DNA of 61,154 bases, filler included, from Sluysia triapertura (lineage: Eukaryota), in NCBI GenBank assembly GCA_046118255.1. It is 5 parts of 5 records of this genome, joined end to end, with 100 filler letters (N's around TTAATTAATTAA, not from the genome) between each part and the next. Parts side by side here need not be neighbours in the genome. Positions count along the whole stretch, not along the records: positions 1 to 11,206 come from JBJNIA010187357.1; positions 11,307 to 23,203 come from JBJNIA010159377.1; 3 more parts are not named here. The stretch is one strand, 5' to 3'. Under the pieces are notes generated by a model. It was not told where the DNA came from. It ran no database searches and was given only the letters and a program-made list of their open reading frames with translations. The position numbers and the translations under genes were made by a program. Positions within the stretch are counted from its first letter, which is position 1. Each line of letters opens with the position of its first letter. Of the stretch, positions 1 to 13,770 are shown in pieces.

Positions 1-2632
1 TACATATATGTAATCATAAGTCCAATTAATTTACAAACTTTTATGAGTGTGCATTATGAGACAATATTAAAGAATACTGTACTAATTAAGTAAAGATTAC
101 AGTTACCATTCTCCACCACTAATCTTTGTGAATATGTAGTCAGTATCAAATCAAATCAAATCAGAGAAATGATCTGAATGATATGAAAATTGCCTTGAGA
201 TAAAATACTTTTCCATTTTCAATGCAATAGAAATATTTTAAACTTGTAAATAGAAATTCTGAAAATAGCATTAATCAATATCAAATGATTTGATACTTTA
301 AAAAAAATTATATTGAACTTACTTTATAATGTCTAAAAAAATATCTAAATATCCTCCATCATTCTAACTTTACAACTTAAGAAACTCAAAAACTGCAAGA
401 TGAAAGTTGGAAGTTAGCAAATAAACCTGAAGAAGGCATAATACTACACATTTAATCCAAAAAATATCGCGGAGCAGATGCAGTTTACCAATATAACATT
501 GAAAATCCACTAAAAAATGAAAACTAAATAAATACTAACAAGGCGAATACAAATGAATAAAGTACATAGTTAAAATTATCATATGATTTATATTTCATAT
601 ATTATCAAAACGATGATGAGTACCGTAATTTTAATAGCATGCGGAGATATCTGACTCTGCAGACATAATATATGATCCAGTATGTGTAAGTTATTGTGAA
701 ATTGAATTGTTTAGAAATTAAAATAGTGATAAGAGAGAAGGTGACTATAGTGAAGACTTGATGAAAATTGAATATTTATTGGCCATAATTCGTGTACAGG
801 GAAAATCGTATATAAACTATTACAAACCATTACAAACTATTGGATATCGACATATTTATTGATATATTTTTATTTATTATCGATGTATTTATAGTATTTA
901 ATTTCAAATAAAATTTATTAAAATAGAAGTCTACAGATTGTCTTCTTCCCTTTTTAAGAATTACATTAAGTTTAAGTAGTTTCAATATTAATCAATTTGT
1001 AGTTGTATTTATTACAAGAAAAGGATAAATAATTTGGACTCATACTCTAGTAGAATCTTCAGTGAACAAGAGACGAGTGAAAAAAACAAACAACGCATAA
1101 TTACATCTATTTAGAACTCTGTTAACAATTGAAATAAAGGGAATTAAAATAATGTAATAAAATTAATAAAACTATAAATTATAATTTATAATTTATCTCA
1201 CAGTATAATAAATAAACTTAAAATATGTAAATGCTAATAATCAAATAAAATTGCGTAAAATTTAATCAATCAAAATATTATTAAAATTTTTACTCTGAAC
1301 TTAAAAGAATACAAAGAATAAGCTTTGTACATAATGAAAGTTTAACTTTATCAAGAATTTTTCATTTCTATATACAATTATAAACAAAGCTAAGTCAATT
1401 TAAGTTTAAGATTACTATCAATGTGAAAAAAGACAAAAAAAATTGAATTGCATTCTTTTGCTGCATTTATAGGAAATACCCAAATTTTATGTGCAATTTA
1501 CAATCAAAAATCAACTAAAAAATGTTTAATAGTATTTAATGTGTAGAATAAATATACTTTAAGTGATCAGGTGATTACAAAACTTTTTCATTACGAATAT
1601 TATGTTATTAATTTGTTTTAGATATTTAACCTGAAAAAGTAAAATACATTACTGTATCAGTAAAAATATAAAATGCAAATTTATAAATATTAATCGTTAT
1701 GCTGGAGAAGTATATCTCTGTAAATTTATAGTTTTTGTAACACATTTGTTGAATTTTTTGCGATTGACTTGACAATAAAACTTATTACTATATACAGATT
1801 GCAAATTGATTTTAAAACATTAAACTAAAATTATAAAATTAAATTTATTAACCGAAGTTAAAGTTTGAACCTTATTATATCATAATATTATAAAATAAAT
1901 ATAAATTCTCATATCAAAATAACGAGAATTATTTAACTACTAACAATGCCTTACTATAAAATCATATTGTTGTGTGGTGAAAAATGGATTTTTATTAAAA
2001 TACGTAACAAAATACATATCGAAACAAATTCCAATATCTTCTGTGAATGATTAAATCAATTATATGAATAAATATTCTGCAATGACAACAGAAAACGAAA
2101 GTATTGCCAAATCAAAAAATGCATACATGAATTATCACGTAGTCCAGATCGCTTGTGCAATTCTTTTCGAGGTAGACAGTTCATTTCTGACTGCCTGGAT
2201 CATGCGATAGAAAAGACAAAATTATACAAAAATTCAATTTTAGATTTGGCTTCTAGATGGAATAGTGTAAAACATATAGTATTTAAAATTCCAAATTTCA
2301 ACTTTAAGAATTATATGAATTTCTTGTGAATTTATTTTGTTTTTCTTATTCAAAAACTACAAATTCTTATAATTCAGGTTAATATTAAATCCCATTCCAA
2401 TTTAAGGCCAATGTTAACTGAAACCAATAAAATACTCTAATAATCTAAACCCATATCGCCCATAATGACAAATTTACAATTATTATATTTTATAAATATC
2501 TGAAAGAAATATTGAATTTATACCACAAACCATTACTACATTAAGCCTAATTAATAACCTGATGTAAAAATAAGTTTATGATAATCTAGATTAAATTCAG
2601 ACTTATAAAACAATTTAAATAAATTCACTTAC

Positions 2633-2831
2633 CGAGTAATGCAATAAAAAATTGACTATTAAATATGTCAATCACTTTATCAATAGCATCAATTAAATTC
2701 TGATCTGCTGATGATAATGATAGTTTTTCTCGATAGATTTCCAAAAGTTCTATGGTTTTTAAGGCCGCTAAAGAAACATTGGATTCACTTCAAAATTTAA
2801 AGTAAAACTAACCATTGCTATCCACTGGCAT
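2633..2831 (-). CDS. DLG1: Discs large (DLG1-like MAGUK), first two coding exons (L27 domain); gene continues leftward
   Basis: Exon 2813-2831 (ATG CCA GTG GAT AGC AAT G), 45-bp GT..AG intron 2768-2812, exon 2633-2767 ending at a GTAAGT donor. Spliced product MPVDSNAALKTIELLEIYREKLSLSSADQNLIDAIDKVIDIFNSQFFIALL closely follows the Dlg N-terminus [23 protein letters not shown]...IERVINIFQSNLFQALI. Not in the ORF track. Confidence 0.88.
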
Positions 2832-5800
2832 TTTTAAAATGATCTAATTTTTAACTTACAAAACCTTCAATTTTGATTAATTTAAACAAATAAAAATAAA
2901 TGTTGATTACTTGTAAACGCCAAAAAAGTTGATTTCAATCTTTAAGCATAGTACTTATGAGATACTTAATATTTTCATGTGAAAGGTAACATTGTATTTC
3001 TGAAGAAGATGTAATAGGTCACACGTTCTTTTAAAAAATTAATTTATGAAATAAAAATAGTAGTAATTGAAAAAAAGTTAGATAAAACAAAATTGTATGA
3101 AAATACTTCAATTCTAAACTTTTAATTGTGTACATTTTAAAATTTTACTATTATAATAATTAATTTTCAATATCTCGTAGTAAACAGTTCTGATTAAATG
3201 ATTTATTGTTGTAATTCAGAAATATTCATACTTATTTTAAATTTGTAATTACCCATCAATGTATCTAGACCTACATTATCGAACATCTAATAATTAATAA
3301 ACCAATCATGGAAATCAATAACAAAGATTACCACTATTTTAGTTGATTGATATTTGATTTTTTATAAAATTACTGGTGTTCTTCCGACAGGTAATAAAAT
3401 GAATTAAGTAATGGTTCGGTTGCATTCCAAAGTGTGTCTATATCTATGCAAACAAATTATAATTTTGTACAAAAACATTATATATAATGTTTCTATTTAA
3501 AATAATATTCCTATCATAAATGAAAAGAAATTTATTTTATTGGAATTCACCTGTGGTATAAAACTTAAAACAAAGTGGTTTATCCATAGTGCAAGTTTCT
3601 TATTTTATCTCTTTTCTTAATTGCAAAATGTCTGATTTTAGGATTCACCTCAAGCATAGGGTTAATATTCTTTCGAGACGTACCTGTAGGGTTTTTGCTA
3701 AATAAGTTTTATAGCTACATGTGTGAGAATCAAATTAACTTATTCTTGATTTTTAGATTTAAAATTTATTCTTCATGGCTATGAATGTGTAGTTTCCTTA
3801 ATTAAATTTCTTTTACTCACTTATTAAAATTATAAATATAATTATAATATAATATTTCCGATCTCAATATGTATCTTATGATGTTATTTATCAAATATAC
3901 AACTTCTATTATTTATTATTTAATAAAAACTTCAATACTTCAAAAATCAATGTACAAACTAAAGATTAAACAAAATACAAATAGACTAACTTAAAATTTA
4001 AACATCTGTTCACAAAAATATATAAAACTATTTTACAATTCCACTATAACTTTTAAAAACATATATGACTGCAATTCTTTAATAACGATAAAGAATTAAG
4101 ACAACGCTTAATAAGCTACTGAAGAGACACTACTCAAGGTACTAAAGACTTTATAACTAGCGTCTTATGCTATCTCAAATAAATAAAATATTTTACTCGA
4201 AAAAGTATTTCTTACTAAAGTAAGGTAAGAAAACCTATGTAATCAAAATTTAAGATTTGAATTTAAAATATTTCGATTAGTTATACTGGAAATTCTTGTT
4301 GACTTGAGTTGTGGATGATATGTTCACACAAAAAGAATGGCCAAGTACAACTGTAGTCAGATTTCAAATTTATTATTATATTAGTATAAAATATGTTTAT
4401 ATTTTATTATTTATTTTATATTTTATACTTTCTATGTTTTGTGTAAAATTATAAAATATTAAAAATATTACTAAAAAATTATTCAAATTATTATTAATTA
4501 AAAATTATAATTAAAATTATATTTAAATTTAAACCAAAAATTTAATTATTTTGAAAATTGATTAAAAAAGAAAATCCTTGAAGCAGTTGTTTAAGCTAAT
4601 TAAATTTATTAATATGGCTCTTTATAACCAATACAGTATAAATGGAAATACAAAAATAGTGACAATCACAAGTTAATCACATAAGTTAGAATCACAATTG
4701 ATGCACAAGTTAAACAAAGACTGCTTGGCCATTCCTATACATCACAAAAGTTGATTTCGTCCAAGCGTTTATGCTATTTCTGGTTCAAATTTAATACGCA
4801 AGTCAATTTCATCATTAGTAAATTTTGCACAAATTATTCACACTGATGTTCAAGGCTGACGATACTGAAATTCATTATATTATCATAAAAAACAAGTAGT
4901 AAGTTTAATTTCTAGAGCTTAGCATACTCTATAGAAATAGAGAGTTAAAAAATTAACTTCAAATATTTGATTTTCAGTTGGTTCCTAAGATAAATTATAA
5001 AATCTCTTTAAAATATAAAATCATTTTTATTTTCGTTGATCTGTAAGGCCAATTATAAAATAAATTAAGTTAATCGAGTTTTCGGGCTAGATCATTTGCT
5101 TAGCGGCAAACTATTATATTATTATCATTATTTATTAAATTGATTATACTTGTATAATTTATTAAGTTTTAATCTATTTAATTTTATATTTTAGTTTTTG
5201 TAATATACTTTAATTTATACCTTTATGATTTATGTAAATTTAGTCCTTTTAGTTTTGTAATTTAGCTTTTATTTAATACACTTTGAATAACAATTGCTAT
5301 TTTTGATGTAATATTAACATCTGCGTTATTCGAATTTATATTCAACGAAGTTTTGACTGTTTTTAAGGTAAATTACTCAGGACTATTATATAAAGTTTAC
5401 TGTAACATTATTCTATTAAACTATACATACATGTTTTAGGATAATTAATTACTTTCTTTGATATAGTAATCAACATGAAATTTCCACTTAAACTTAGATA
5501 TAAACGAATACGTTGGTCACCGTTATTATTGCATCTTAACACATAAGTTACTTACGATATCTGTCTAATAACATTTCCTACGATTTGTTCTTCATATATC
5601 ACGTTGAAGCAAAAAGTATTTTTATATCGTTATTCTTTAGGTATACTTCACGTTATTTACAGATACACCGTTGGTATACTCTAAATAATAATTTATTTAA
5701 TTTAATAATAATAATTTAAATAATTTAAGTTTTAGAGTTTAAAAGAAAAAGAACCGAGTACTTGATACAAATTGTAAATTGATATATTTTGTTTTTTGAC

Positions 5801-6349
5801 AACTTTTATATCAAATTTATGTGCATTTAACCATTTGGTTAAGTACCTTTTATTTATTTTTAATTCAAATCTTTTAAATTAATAATAATAATAATAATGA
5901 TAATTATTATTATTATTATTAGTAGTAGTAGTAGTATTAGTATTTCAGGATAAACAGGAGATCTAACATGATTACTCAAATGTAGAAATATATTAAATTA
6001 TTGTACCCTTTAAAATGTGGGTTGAAAATGATAATGTAATTTAAAATAATTCCTTTGTTTTTATTAAAATGTGGATTTTGAAATTACGCAATATTATAAG
6101 GACTTAATATCATTAAGATTGAATAAGTATTTTTATAAAAATTAATACACTATCTTATAAAGAGTATTAAAAGTTAGCTTAACTATGTAAGCACAATAGG
6201 ACTTTACTTATATAAAGAGAAATATCTAATCATCTGCTTAAAATGGTAAGGCAAAAGTTAAAATATGACTTTTCGTTGGATTTTATGTCAGTAAAAATAT
6301 CCTAACGTTTATCTTACGACTTTTATTAATGAGTGTTAATATTGAATAA

Positions 6350-6491
6350 TGTTAGACTTCGTAATATGGACTGACCGGGGATCGAACCCGGGACCTTCGC
6401 TGTGCAGTTCGAATGCTCTACCACTGAGATATCAGCCCCGTCTAATGATTTTATTTTATTATAGTCAATTTTACCAAATGGCACCCCAACA
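6350..6491 (-). mobile_element. tRNA-Ala-like cassette element, copy 1 (TGTT..AACA ends, TSD ATAA)
   Basis: Minus strand reads GGGCTGATATCTCAGTGGTAGAGCATTCGAACTGCACAGCGAAGGTCCCGGGTTCGATCCCCGGTCAGTCCA; flanked by ATAA (6346-49) and ATAA (6492-95). Confidence 0.85.
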
Positions 6492-7474
6492 ATAATACAT
6501 AAAAATTAGCGTAAATGATTGATTAGTGAATACGTGTATCACCCGATAATTAATTGTTTTTACCAATGGGAAAGAAGAATCTTTCTTAACAATCTTCACA
6601 AATTTGATTGTTACCATATCTGTTGTCTCTATCTTTTTATTTAATTACTTGTAATCACTTGTAATAATTCGTAACTCTCTAATTGGAATTTCTAATTATT
6701 AGTGTGAGATCTAAGTTTTAATTGGACAGTTATGTTGCTGCCTATCTCATAGCAATTGCTCCTGGTTATTTAAGTCTTAGTCCATAAATAAAATGTTAGT
6801 AGCGCAGTAAAAATAATAATGATGAAGTTTCACTTTAAAAAACTACGATCATAATTTGAATAATTTAAAATCATATTGAGTTCGCGTGCAATTCGATTCT
6901 TTCACAATTAAGGGCTTGTCCACGTGATTTTTATATAAGAATGCAAAATATCAAAGTCTATGGAAGTCTTCGACTTGCTTTAATTTAATTGGATATTAGT
7001 GCGAATTTTTCTGACAAAATTTTAAAATCAAGCTCCTTAAATAATACATTACAATTGGGTTAAACTTAGTGCTATGAAATTCAGTTATTTATTTTATAAA
7101 TATATTTTATGTTCTTATTCAAATTAGTACTTGCAAAATATATTTTATTTAAAACAACTCGTGAAAAAAATACAACTGATTTTATATTATTTTATATAAT
7201 TTATAATTTATTACCTGAGTTTATGGACTTCTTTAAAATAGTCCTTCAAAAAGCGCTGAGAATTAAACTTTTTGGGAGAAATCAATAAAATAAATTACTA
7301 TAAATTAATAAATTACTATAATTAATACATAATGTAAACTTAAGAATAATGTCAAAGAGTATTGTTCTATAAATAACTTTTGTCTAAAAATAAGTTTAAT
7401 AAATAGTGTGTAATATTCGTTCTAAAAATCGATAAAATTGTAATCTAAAAATATAATAAATATAAACTTACTTG

Positions 7475-7499
7475 GTATTATTATTAGTATTATTAGTGA

Positions 7500-7540
<41 letters not shown>

Positions 7541-7560
7541 GTAGTAGTAGTAGTAGTAGT
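7475..7560. repeat. (ATT)n/(AGT)n compound microsatellite; similar tracts at ~5880-5940, 14930-14978, 17085-17157, 23860-23905, 58545-58590
   Basis: Directly visible trinucleotide runs. Confidence 0.9.
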
Positions 7561-8079
7561 ATTAATATTATCATTCCTTCTGAATTTAAATTTAATTCTT
7601 TCTAAATTGAAATTTAAAATTTAATTAATTATTTTAAATATTCTTCTAATTTTCTGAATGTAAGTCAAGGCCAGACAATCACTTGATCACAAGTTCACCC
7701 AACATTGTTAAACAACTTTATTGACACCATTTACAAGTCTATTTGCACAATCTTTTTCGCACAGTTCTTGGCATAATCTTATTCTCGAGTTCTCAACAAT
7801 TGTTCTCAAGCGTTTTAACACAGAAGGAATCGTTAGTTTGATTTATTTAAGTTATACTGTTTTAATAGTTTGTAATATTTTACCCAAAATAATTTTCTTA
7901 AAATTTTAGAGGAGTGATAATATTAAATCAAATTAATTTAAAAGATTATATATTAATCTTGGTAAAATTTTTATACGCTTGTAAATTTCTTATATAAATA
8001 CGATTGTAAATTTTTAGGTGCTATAATACATTTCCTTAAATTTATTAATTTTTATTCATTTTTTATTAATTTCCTAATG

Positions 8080-8730
8080 CTAAACCTACGGCAAAATAAA
8101 AATGAGCAGGATCCGGCTACAGTAAGCATCTTACAACTAATAGTTGGCACCTCTGTAGCTTATAAGTGAAAAATCGTACTAAACTTACTTAATATTACTT
8201 TTAATACTTTTAGAGGGTCTTAAACCTATTTATCAGTTAATAATTGACAAAAAATTCAAATTTTATTATTAAAAATAAAAAGGATTTAAGCAATATAATA
8301 ATATAATTTATAATCAAAATTTTGATTTTAAATTACAAATTTAATGAAAACTTCCTCTTATTATAACGAGGACATAACAATTAATTAAATGAAGAAAGAT
8401 TTTGAGTTGATTTTAATATTTTTATTTTCTCCGGGAAGATAAAAATACCCTACAAAAAACAATTTACCGTTATCATGGAAATTTGAATGTGCAGAAAATC
8501 CAATTTAATGTAATTATTCCAAATCCCAAAATAACACTGAAACAAAGACTATGGATTGCTAAATCATTTGACAAATTGATACAAAAATGACGACTGAAAT
8601 TTCAGTAATTAAATGCCGGATTATTAAATATGACTATACTAAATAGCTATAATAGCGATTTTCATTAAACTGATGCTAGTTTATATACTATTCATCAGCC
8701 AATAAAAATCGATGGAATGTTCTAGAATAT
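8080..8730 (+). repeat. Dispersed repeat family (non-autonomous DNA element-like); related copies ~31870-32080 (+) and ~50290-50966 (-)
   Basis: ACCTACGGCAAAATA..TGAGC block at ~8085, ~31877 and reverse-complemented at ~50935-50962. TGATGCTAGTTTATATACTA..TCGATGGAATGTTCTA at 8670-8725 matches the reverse complement at 50295-50360. Confidence 0.7.
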
Positions 8731-9500
8731 TGCAAAGATGGTTTTCACCTAAATTCGATGTAACCTGGAGAGAGTTTGCCTAACAGAAAACGACTTAAGT
8801 CTGAACGACGGCGGCCTGTTAGGATTCACTGAGAGAAAAATTGACTAAGAAAGAATCACGTATTGACAATAAGGAGTGCCTACGAAGAATTTGGTGTTGT
8901 TCTAATGCTTTTAATTATAATAAATTTAAACGATTTTTAGTTAGCCTTTTTACGGTCTAACGTGATGAGAAAAATATATTAAATTAGCCGGTTACGGTCT
9001 AATTATTGAAAACTTTTAATATGATTTTATGATTTTGAGCTAGCCTTATTACGGTCTAGCGTCTGACAATGATTTTATTATTTAATAATAAAAGACCACT
9101 CAAGAGACTTAGAAGTTTTATTTACCAAAGAAAATCAAAAATAGATAGTAACAACAAAATATTCAACATATAGTATTAATAATCAATTTAATCACTTAAA
9201 TTCGTAGAATATAGTTCAAATATATTTTAAATTGATTTTAACTTATCCGTATTATGGTATAATCAAAGTTAAAAATGATTTTACGTATGAGTTTACTTCT
9301 CCCTTTTTGCGGTGAGAAGATTTCAAAACTTTAAAAATATTAAACTTACTTTCATGGAATAATTTGACCGATGATTTTTAATTTTTTACCAACTGACTAT
9401 TGAGAAATTCTGTAAAAGTCAGCGACTTTAATATAGAATTTCTCAACCGCCGTATTGTGTTTATAAAATTTAAAAGTTTCATTACGTTCTATAAGCTTCA
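8731..9500 (-). mobile_element. LTR (subfamily B), downstream of env copy 1; U3 boundary not defined
   Basis: Ends in ...GCA on the minus strand exactly where the host repeat is interrupted, by comparison with the uninterrupted copy near 50290. U5 block GGAG..GTTTGCCTAA..ACGACTTA..TTAGGATT is homologous to the PBS-adjacent LTR at 43422. Minus-strand TATAAA 9460-65 and AATAAA 9117-22. Confidence 0.7.
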
Positions 9501-9854
9501 TCTGTGATTAATTCGAGATATAATTTTAAAAATATAAATGTTAAACGCATAGTCATTGAATAATTAGTACACAAACGTTATGTATAAATAAAGAGTTAAA
9601 TAGTGAAAATTTAGAACAAGTGAGAACTACTATTAGTTATAAATTTAGTTAGACAATATTTTATACCAGCTTTCGATACAAGTCTTTTTTGAACATTAAA
9701 TATTGTTGTATTATTATTAAGCTATTTATAGGTCAATATTATAAGTTATGTTGTATGTATAGATTGACATTATGAATTCATTTAATGTGTTTCAATTTAA
9801 TGTGTTAAATTTATAAATTATTGTACAAATCTTTAGGATTAATACTTTAGGTAA

Positions 9855-11206
9855 GACTTTATTTGTTTTAAGAATATTAATGGGCACTGATATTTTTCCA
9901 ATTCATATATTAGTATTGATTCGCCAGTGTCACAACTTGTTTGATCGCTCCTACAAAAAGGTCTAGACATCATAGTGCCATTTTCTAAATTAAAACTTTC
10001 GTTAAAAGATTTTAAACTTACTACACATATTTCCTGAGCTACTACATTGTGGTAAATCTTTCCTTCATATTCTATTGACCCTCTTTCACAAGTACCGTCA
10101 ATTAATACATTACCAGCCGTTCTAATATTATAAATTATTTTCTCGTTATTTTTAATTCTTAGTTTATCTCCTTTATTTAAACTTAAGTATCCAGTTTCAA
10201 ATGCATCACGACAATTGTTCGGGAATATTTTAAAAGGTTTTAATATGTTTGATATATCGATAATTGAAGAATGACTGTGATGTCCACAGTACCAGATTAC
10301 TATAGATCTTTTAATTAAACATTCTCTAACTAATGTTGTAACCAGATTTCCTTCTCGGTACACATTTAATATTTTCATATCTTTTATTTTGACTATATTT
10401 GGTCTTGATTCAGGACAATCTTCTTCCAATTTGAAGTCGACTACAATCAAAAGCTTTTATAGCCTTAGTTTTATGAATTCCAAATAATGTCAACAAAACA
10501 ATTATTTATTGAAGTTCCAAATTGTGGAAATGATCCATTGGTATTTCCTTTATTATTAATTAGTCGGGATATCGTATTAAGTGGTTCATTTAACATATTC
10601 CTTTCTTATTTTTCTTTACCTTTGTCTTTTATAATGTTTTTCCATCCTCCTAATTTTTCAGTCAGAGTACTTAATTTCTTATCAACGAAATTTATAACTT
10701 TATCTATGTTTTCTATCTTTTCTTACATTGAAAAATTATGTAAGCCATTATTATTTTAAGTCTATCTCTGTTAATTCCAGCGTTAATCTGTTTATGTATT
10801 ATGTTCTTGTATTGACCGTTATCTATGAAATCATTTATGTCTGTATTCTTATATCTTCCTTCCATAACTTTAATTATCTTAGTTAATGCAATTTTGTATT
10901 CCTTTAATTCGGGTAAAAGTGTCTTATACTTATCAAAGTTGGAAAATTTATTAGATAGTAAAGCGTAATTATAGTTTTAGTGCTTAAAGTTTCTTCTATA
11001 TTCTTTTAAGTAATTTTAGTTAAATCGATAGGTTTTCTATATATTGGGGTTGATATTATTGTTTCGTCATCATTATTCTTTCTAGGTCTACCTGGCCTTC
11101 TTTTAAAAGTATTTGTTTCTTTATCTTCGGTTTCAATATGTGGATTTTTATTTAAATCTATTATGTAATCAGGTTTATCTTCAGTGTAATCATCATTATC
11201 ATTTGT
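9855..11206 (-). pseudogene. Retroelement envelope glycoprotein (chuvirus-G-like), copy 1, with upstream AT-hook region; frameshifted and truncated
   Basis: ORF 9839-10450: C.IKRS..WYCGHHSHSS..CRDAFETG..GTCERG..C..DQTSCDTG. Upstream IKAFDC; KRRPGRPRK at ~11078-11104. Homologous to 38535-40215. Confidence 0.75.
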
Positions 11207-11306
11207 NNNNNNNNNNNNNNNNNNNNNNNNNNNNNNNNNNNNNNNNNNNNTTAATTAATTAANNNNNNNNNNNNNNNNNNNNNNNNNNNNNNNNNNNNNN
11301 NNNNNN
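11207..11306. other. Artificial contig linker (44N-TTAATTAATTAA-44N)
   Basis: Same 100-nt structure at all four gaps; the palindromic core gives stops in all six frames. Confidence 0.95.
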
Positions 11307-12123
11307 GTAATTCTTTGAGATAGGGTGTTATATGAGATCTTCTTCCAACTTGGAGAATTAGTCTTGCTGCTTGATTAATTATTTATTGTAATTTTTTCAC
11401 TTTTCTATATGAAATTGAGTACATTGTTAAAATCTATGTTGCTAGTTATCAATGAGTGAACAATAAGTTAAGCTGTTTCTTTATTAATAAATTTTCGAAT
11501 ATAACATTATTATAAATGTTAACATTATGTATAGAACTGTTAACTTTAAAGTTTAGCAGCATTTAGGTGTGAGGTTGTATTCATGTTTTTTTATAAATAT
11601 TCTTCTGCATTTCGTTTTTTTCTAATATACATATATGTGTAAATATAGAAATGAATTGTGGCTTTAGTTTCACTTAAGGATATTAAGTTAATAGTGTAAT
11701 AAATCGTTTGATAAGATTGATACTGTATATTTATTACTTAATCACACAATTCGTAGAATTTTGTTTGAAGTGCCACGTTTTTCTACAATTTTATAAACTT
11801 TTGAAAACTAAATAAAATTCCATTTAATGATTAAGTTTATTTATTGCAGTTTGTAATATCATTTTAATATTAATTTTGCATTTAATTATTAATTATCTTT
11901 TAAAAACTTGATTTTCAAAGTAAAATAAAAATATCATTAACTATTTTATTTGAAAAATAAAGAAAGTAAAGCAATAAATTTAATTAGATTTGTATCTTGC
12001 AATGAAGTGAAACCGTATTCTAAGTAAAATTAAAAATGAAACATTGATATTAGTAATTAAATTAAATTTGCCAATGATTTTTATGATGTAGCTTAGCGTT
12101 GATTATTTTTCTACTTTTTTCAG

Positions 12124-12239
12124 TTAATCAAATGTAATCAATTAACTATTATGTCGTTTCGTGGGAATCGGATTCGTAGATTACCTTCTGATATAGGGAC
12201 AATGTCCAAATTACACGTACTAGATGTGTCAAATAATTT
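12124..12239 (+). CDS. Exon of a LAP-family LRR protein (Scribble/Erbin/LRRC1-like)
   Basis: Polypyrimidine-CAG acceptor and GTTAGT donor. LIKCNQLTIMSFRGNRIRRLPSDIGTMSKLHVLDVSNN resembles the late LRRs of Scribble (LSLRDNRL..LP.E....ELHVLDV.GN). Other exons not located. Confidence 0.7.
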
Positions 12240-12458
12240 GTTAGTTGCTATTGTTACATTATCACATTATTTTAATCAAATTATAAATGTCGTTATTATA
12301 AATATCGTTAAAATAAAACATATTTATGGTAAGTCCTGACGATATAATGCTAACTAGTTTTTTTAGTTTTATTAACAGCATTTAAGTTTACAGAACAATC
12401 AAGTTAAGTACAGCACAATTCTTATTTAATGATATTTGCTCGATAATGATTTGATTAA

Positions 12459-13110
12459 CCCTTTCGTTGCCGCTAGAACCAATTGGTACCACTCGTATTT
12501 CTGCAAGTTTCTCAGGCTTAAGCAGGTCATGTTACATATTGTTTAGAGGATTAAATAAGGACAATGTTTTGCATAATCGTTTCTGCTTTTAAAGTGTGTG
12601 CACAAATTTATTTCAATAATATACCACCATTTTGTGAGAAATATATTTGAATCAAATAAAATAAGTAAAAATATTGTTAGATATCATAAAATTGACTGAT
12701 CGGGGATCGAACCCGGGACCATCGCTGCGCAGTTCGATTGTTCTAATACTGAGCTATCAGCCTATTTTATTTTATCAGTTTTATTTTATTATAGTCAATT
12801 TTACAAAATGGCACTTTAGGCCTATTTACCCCAACAATATTATAAAGTCTAAAGTTATTATTACTTTTGTTAGAAGATGTCGGATTGCTTTAAAACATTC
12901 CACACTATATCACACTGTGATAGAGAATACTAAATTTACCAATTTTCACATGTTATGCTATTTAATTGAAAATTCATGAAAAATTATACTTTTTAAAATA
13001 ATTTTGAAATTAACAATAAAGCTTTTTACTGACTTTTCTTTACATATATTTCGTATAATCTCTCAAATAAATTTACGTTCGCAAAAATGCGTTCACCCGC
13101 GGTTAAAGGG
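12459..13110. mobile_element. Non-autonomous piggyBac-type element (TTAA TSD), containing tRNA-cassette copy 2
   Basis: TTAA|CCCTTT...AAAGGG|TTAA termini. Confidence 0.7.
12675..12836 (-). mobile_element. tRNA-Ala-like cassette element, copy 2 (TSD ATAT)
   Basis: ATAT|TGTTAGA...CCCCAACA|ATAT; B-box region conserved. Confidence 0.85.
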
Positions 13111-13770
13111 TTAAATAACTTGAATTCAAATTTACCCTTTGTAAAAAAGAACCCCAATAATGTGGAAATTTTTCATACTTTATCAGTTACATCAGTTCCC
13201 TAATTATTTTTAATTATTTTGATAATTGCTTTTTAGGCCTTATTATAGTTGTGTAATGTGATGATGAAGAGTAGTTTAATGTATAAAAATTTTATTCAGT
13301 TATAACTTATGACAAATTTGTTTAAATAATATATTAAAAGTAATAGTAGTATTGAAGAACATTTCTAATATTTTATACCATTAAATGGATAATTATCAAA
13401 GATCTCGAAAGTAACTACTTTAAATAATTAACTATTTTAATTATAGGGTAATTTTATTTTATTTTGATTATATTTTAAATTTTACGAGAACAATTATCAG
13501 CAAAATACAAACCAGGGTACGCATGTTTTAAATCAATTTTACATTATTAGGACACTATAATAATATTCATCAAAGTAGGAGACTTAGTAGAGAAGTAAAT
13601 ATTAAATAACTCATTTTATTTTTAATAGTTCTACACTAATGGTAGATATGGCTACAAAAGTATGGTTCCATATTATTAATGAATTATTTTAGGAAAACTA
13701 AACGAAAACATGAATTTTTGGACGAAAACATCAAGTAATAAATGTTTCATTGTTATTAATAAAATAAGAA

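Noticed and set aside
5400-5850. Possible integrase remnant on the minus strand; also an RT-like remnant at 22750-23200 and a P-element-like remnant at 55100-55300
   Set aside because: Only faint motif echoes in broken frames; needs translated HMM searches.
6368-6439. Functional tRNA-Ala or tRNA-Cys genes
   Set aside because: The anticodon arm is non-canonical, copies decay independently, and they lie within TSD-flanked repeats.
8941-9060. Spaced palindromic repeats as a CRISPR-like array
   Set aside because: Only 3-4 degenerate units with irregular spacers, eukaryotic context and no cas genes; explained as LTR U5 hairpins.
11251-11262. TTAATTAATTAA palindrome as a biological motif
   Set aside because: Centred identically in every 100-nt gap; it is an assembly spacer.
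2633-12239. Dlg and a Scribble-like gene as a polarity-module cluster
   Set aside because: They are separated by an artificial linker at 11207-11306, so linkage is not shown.
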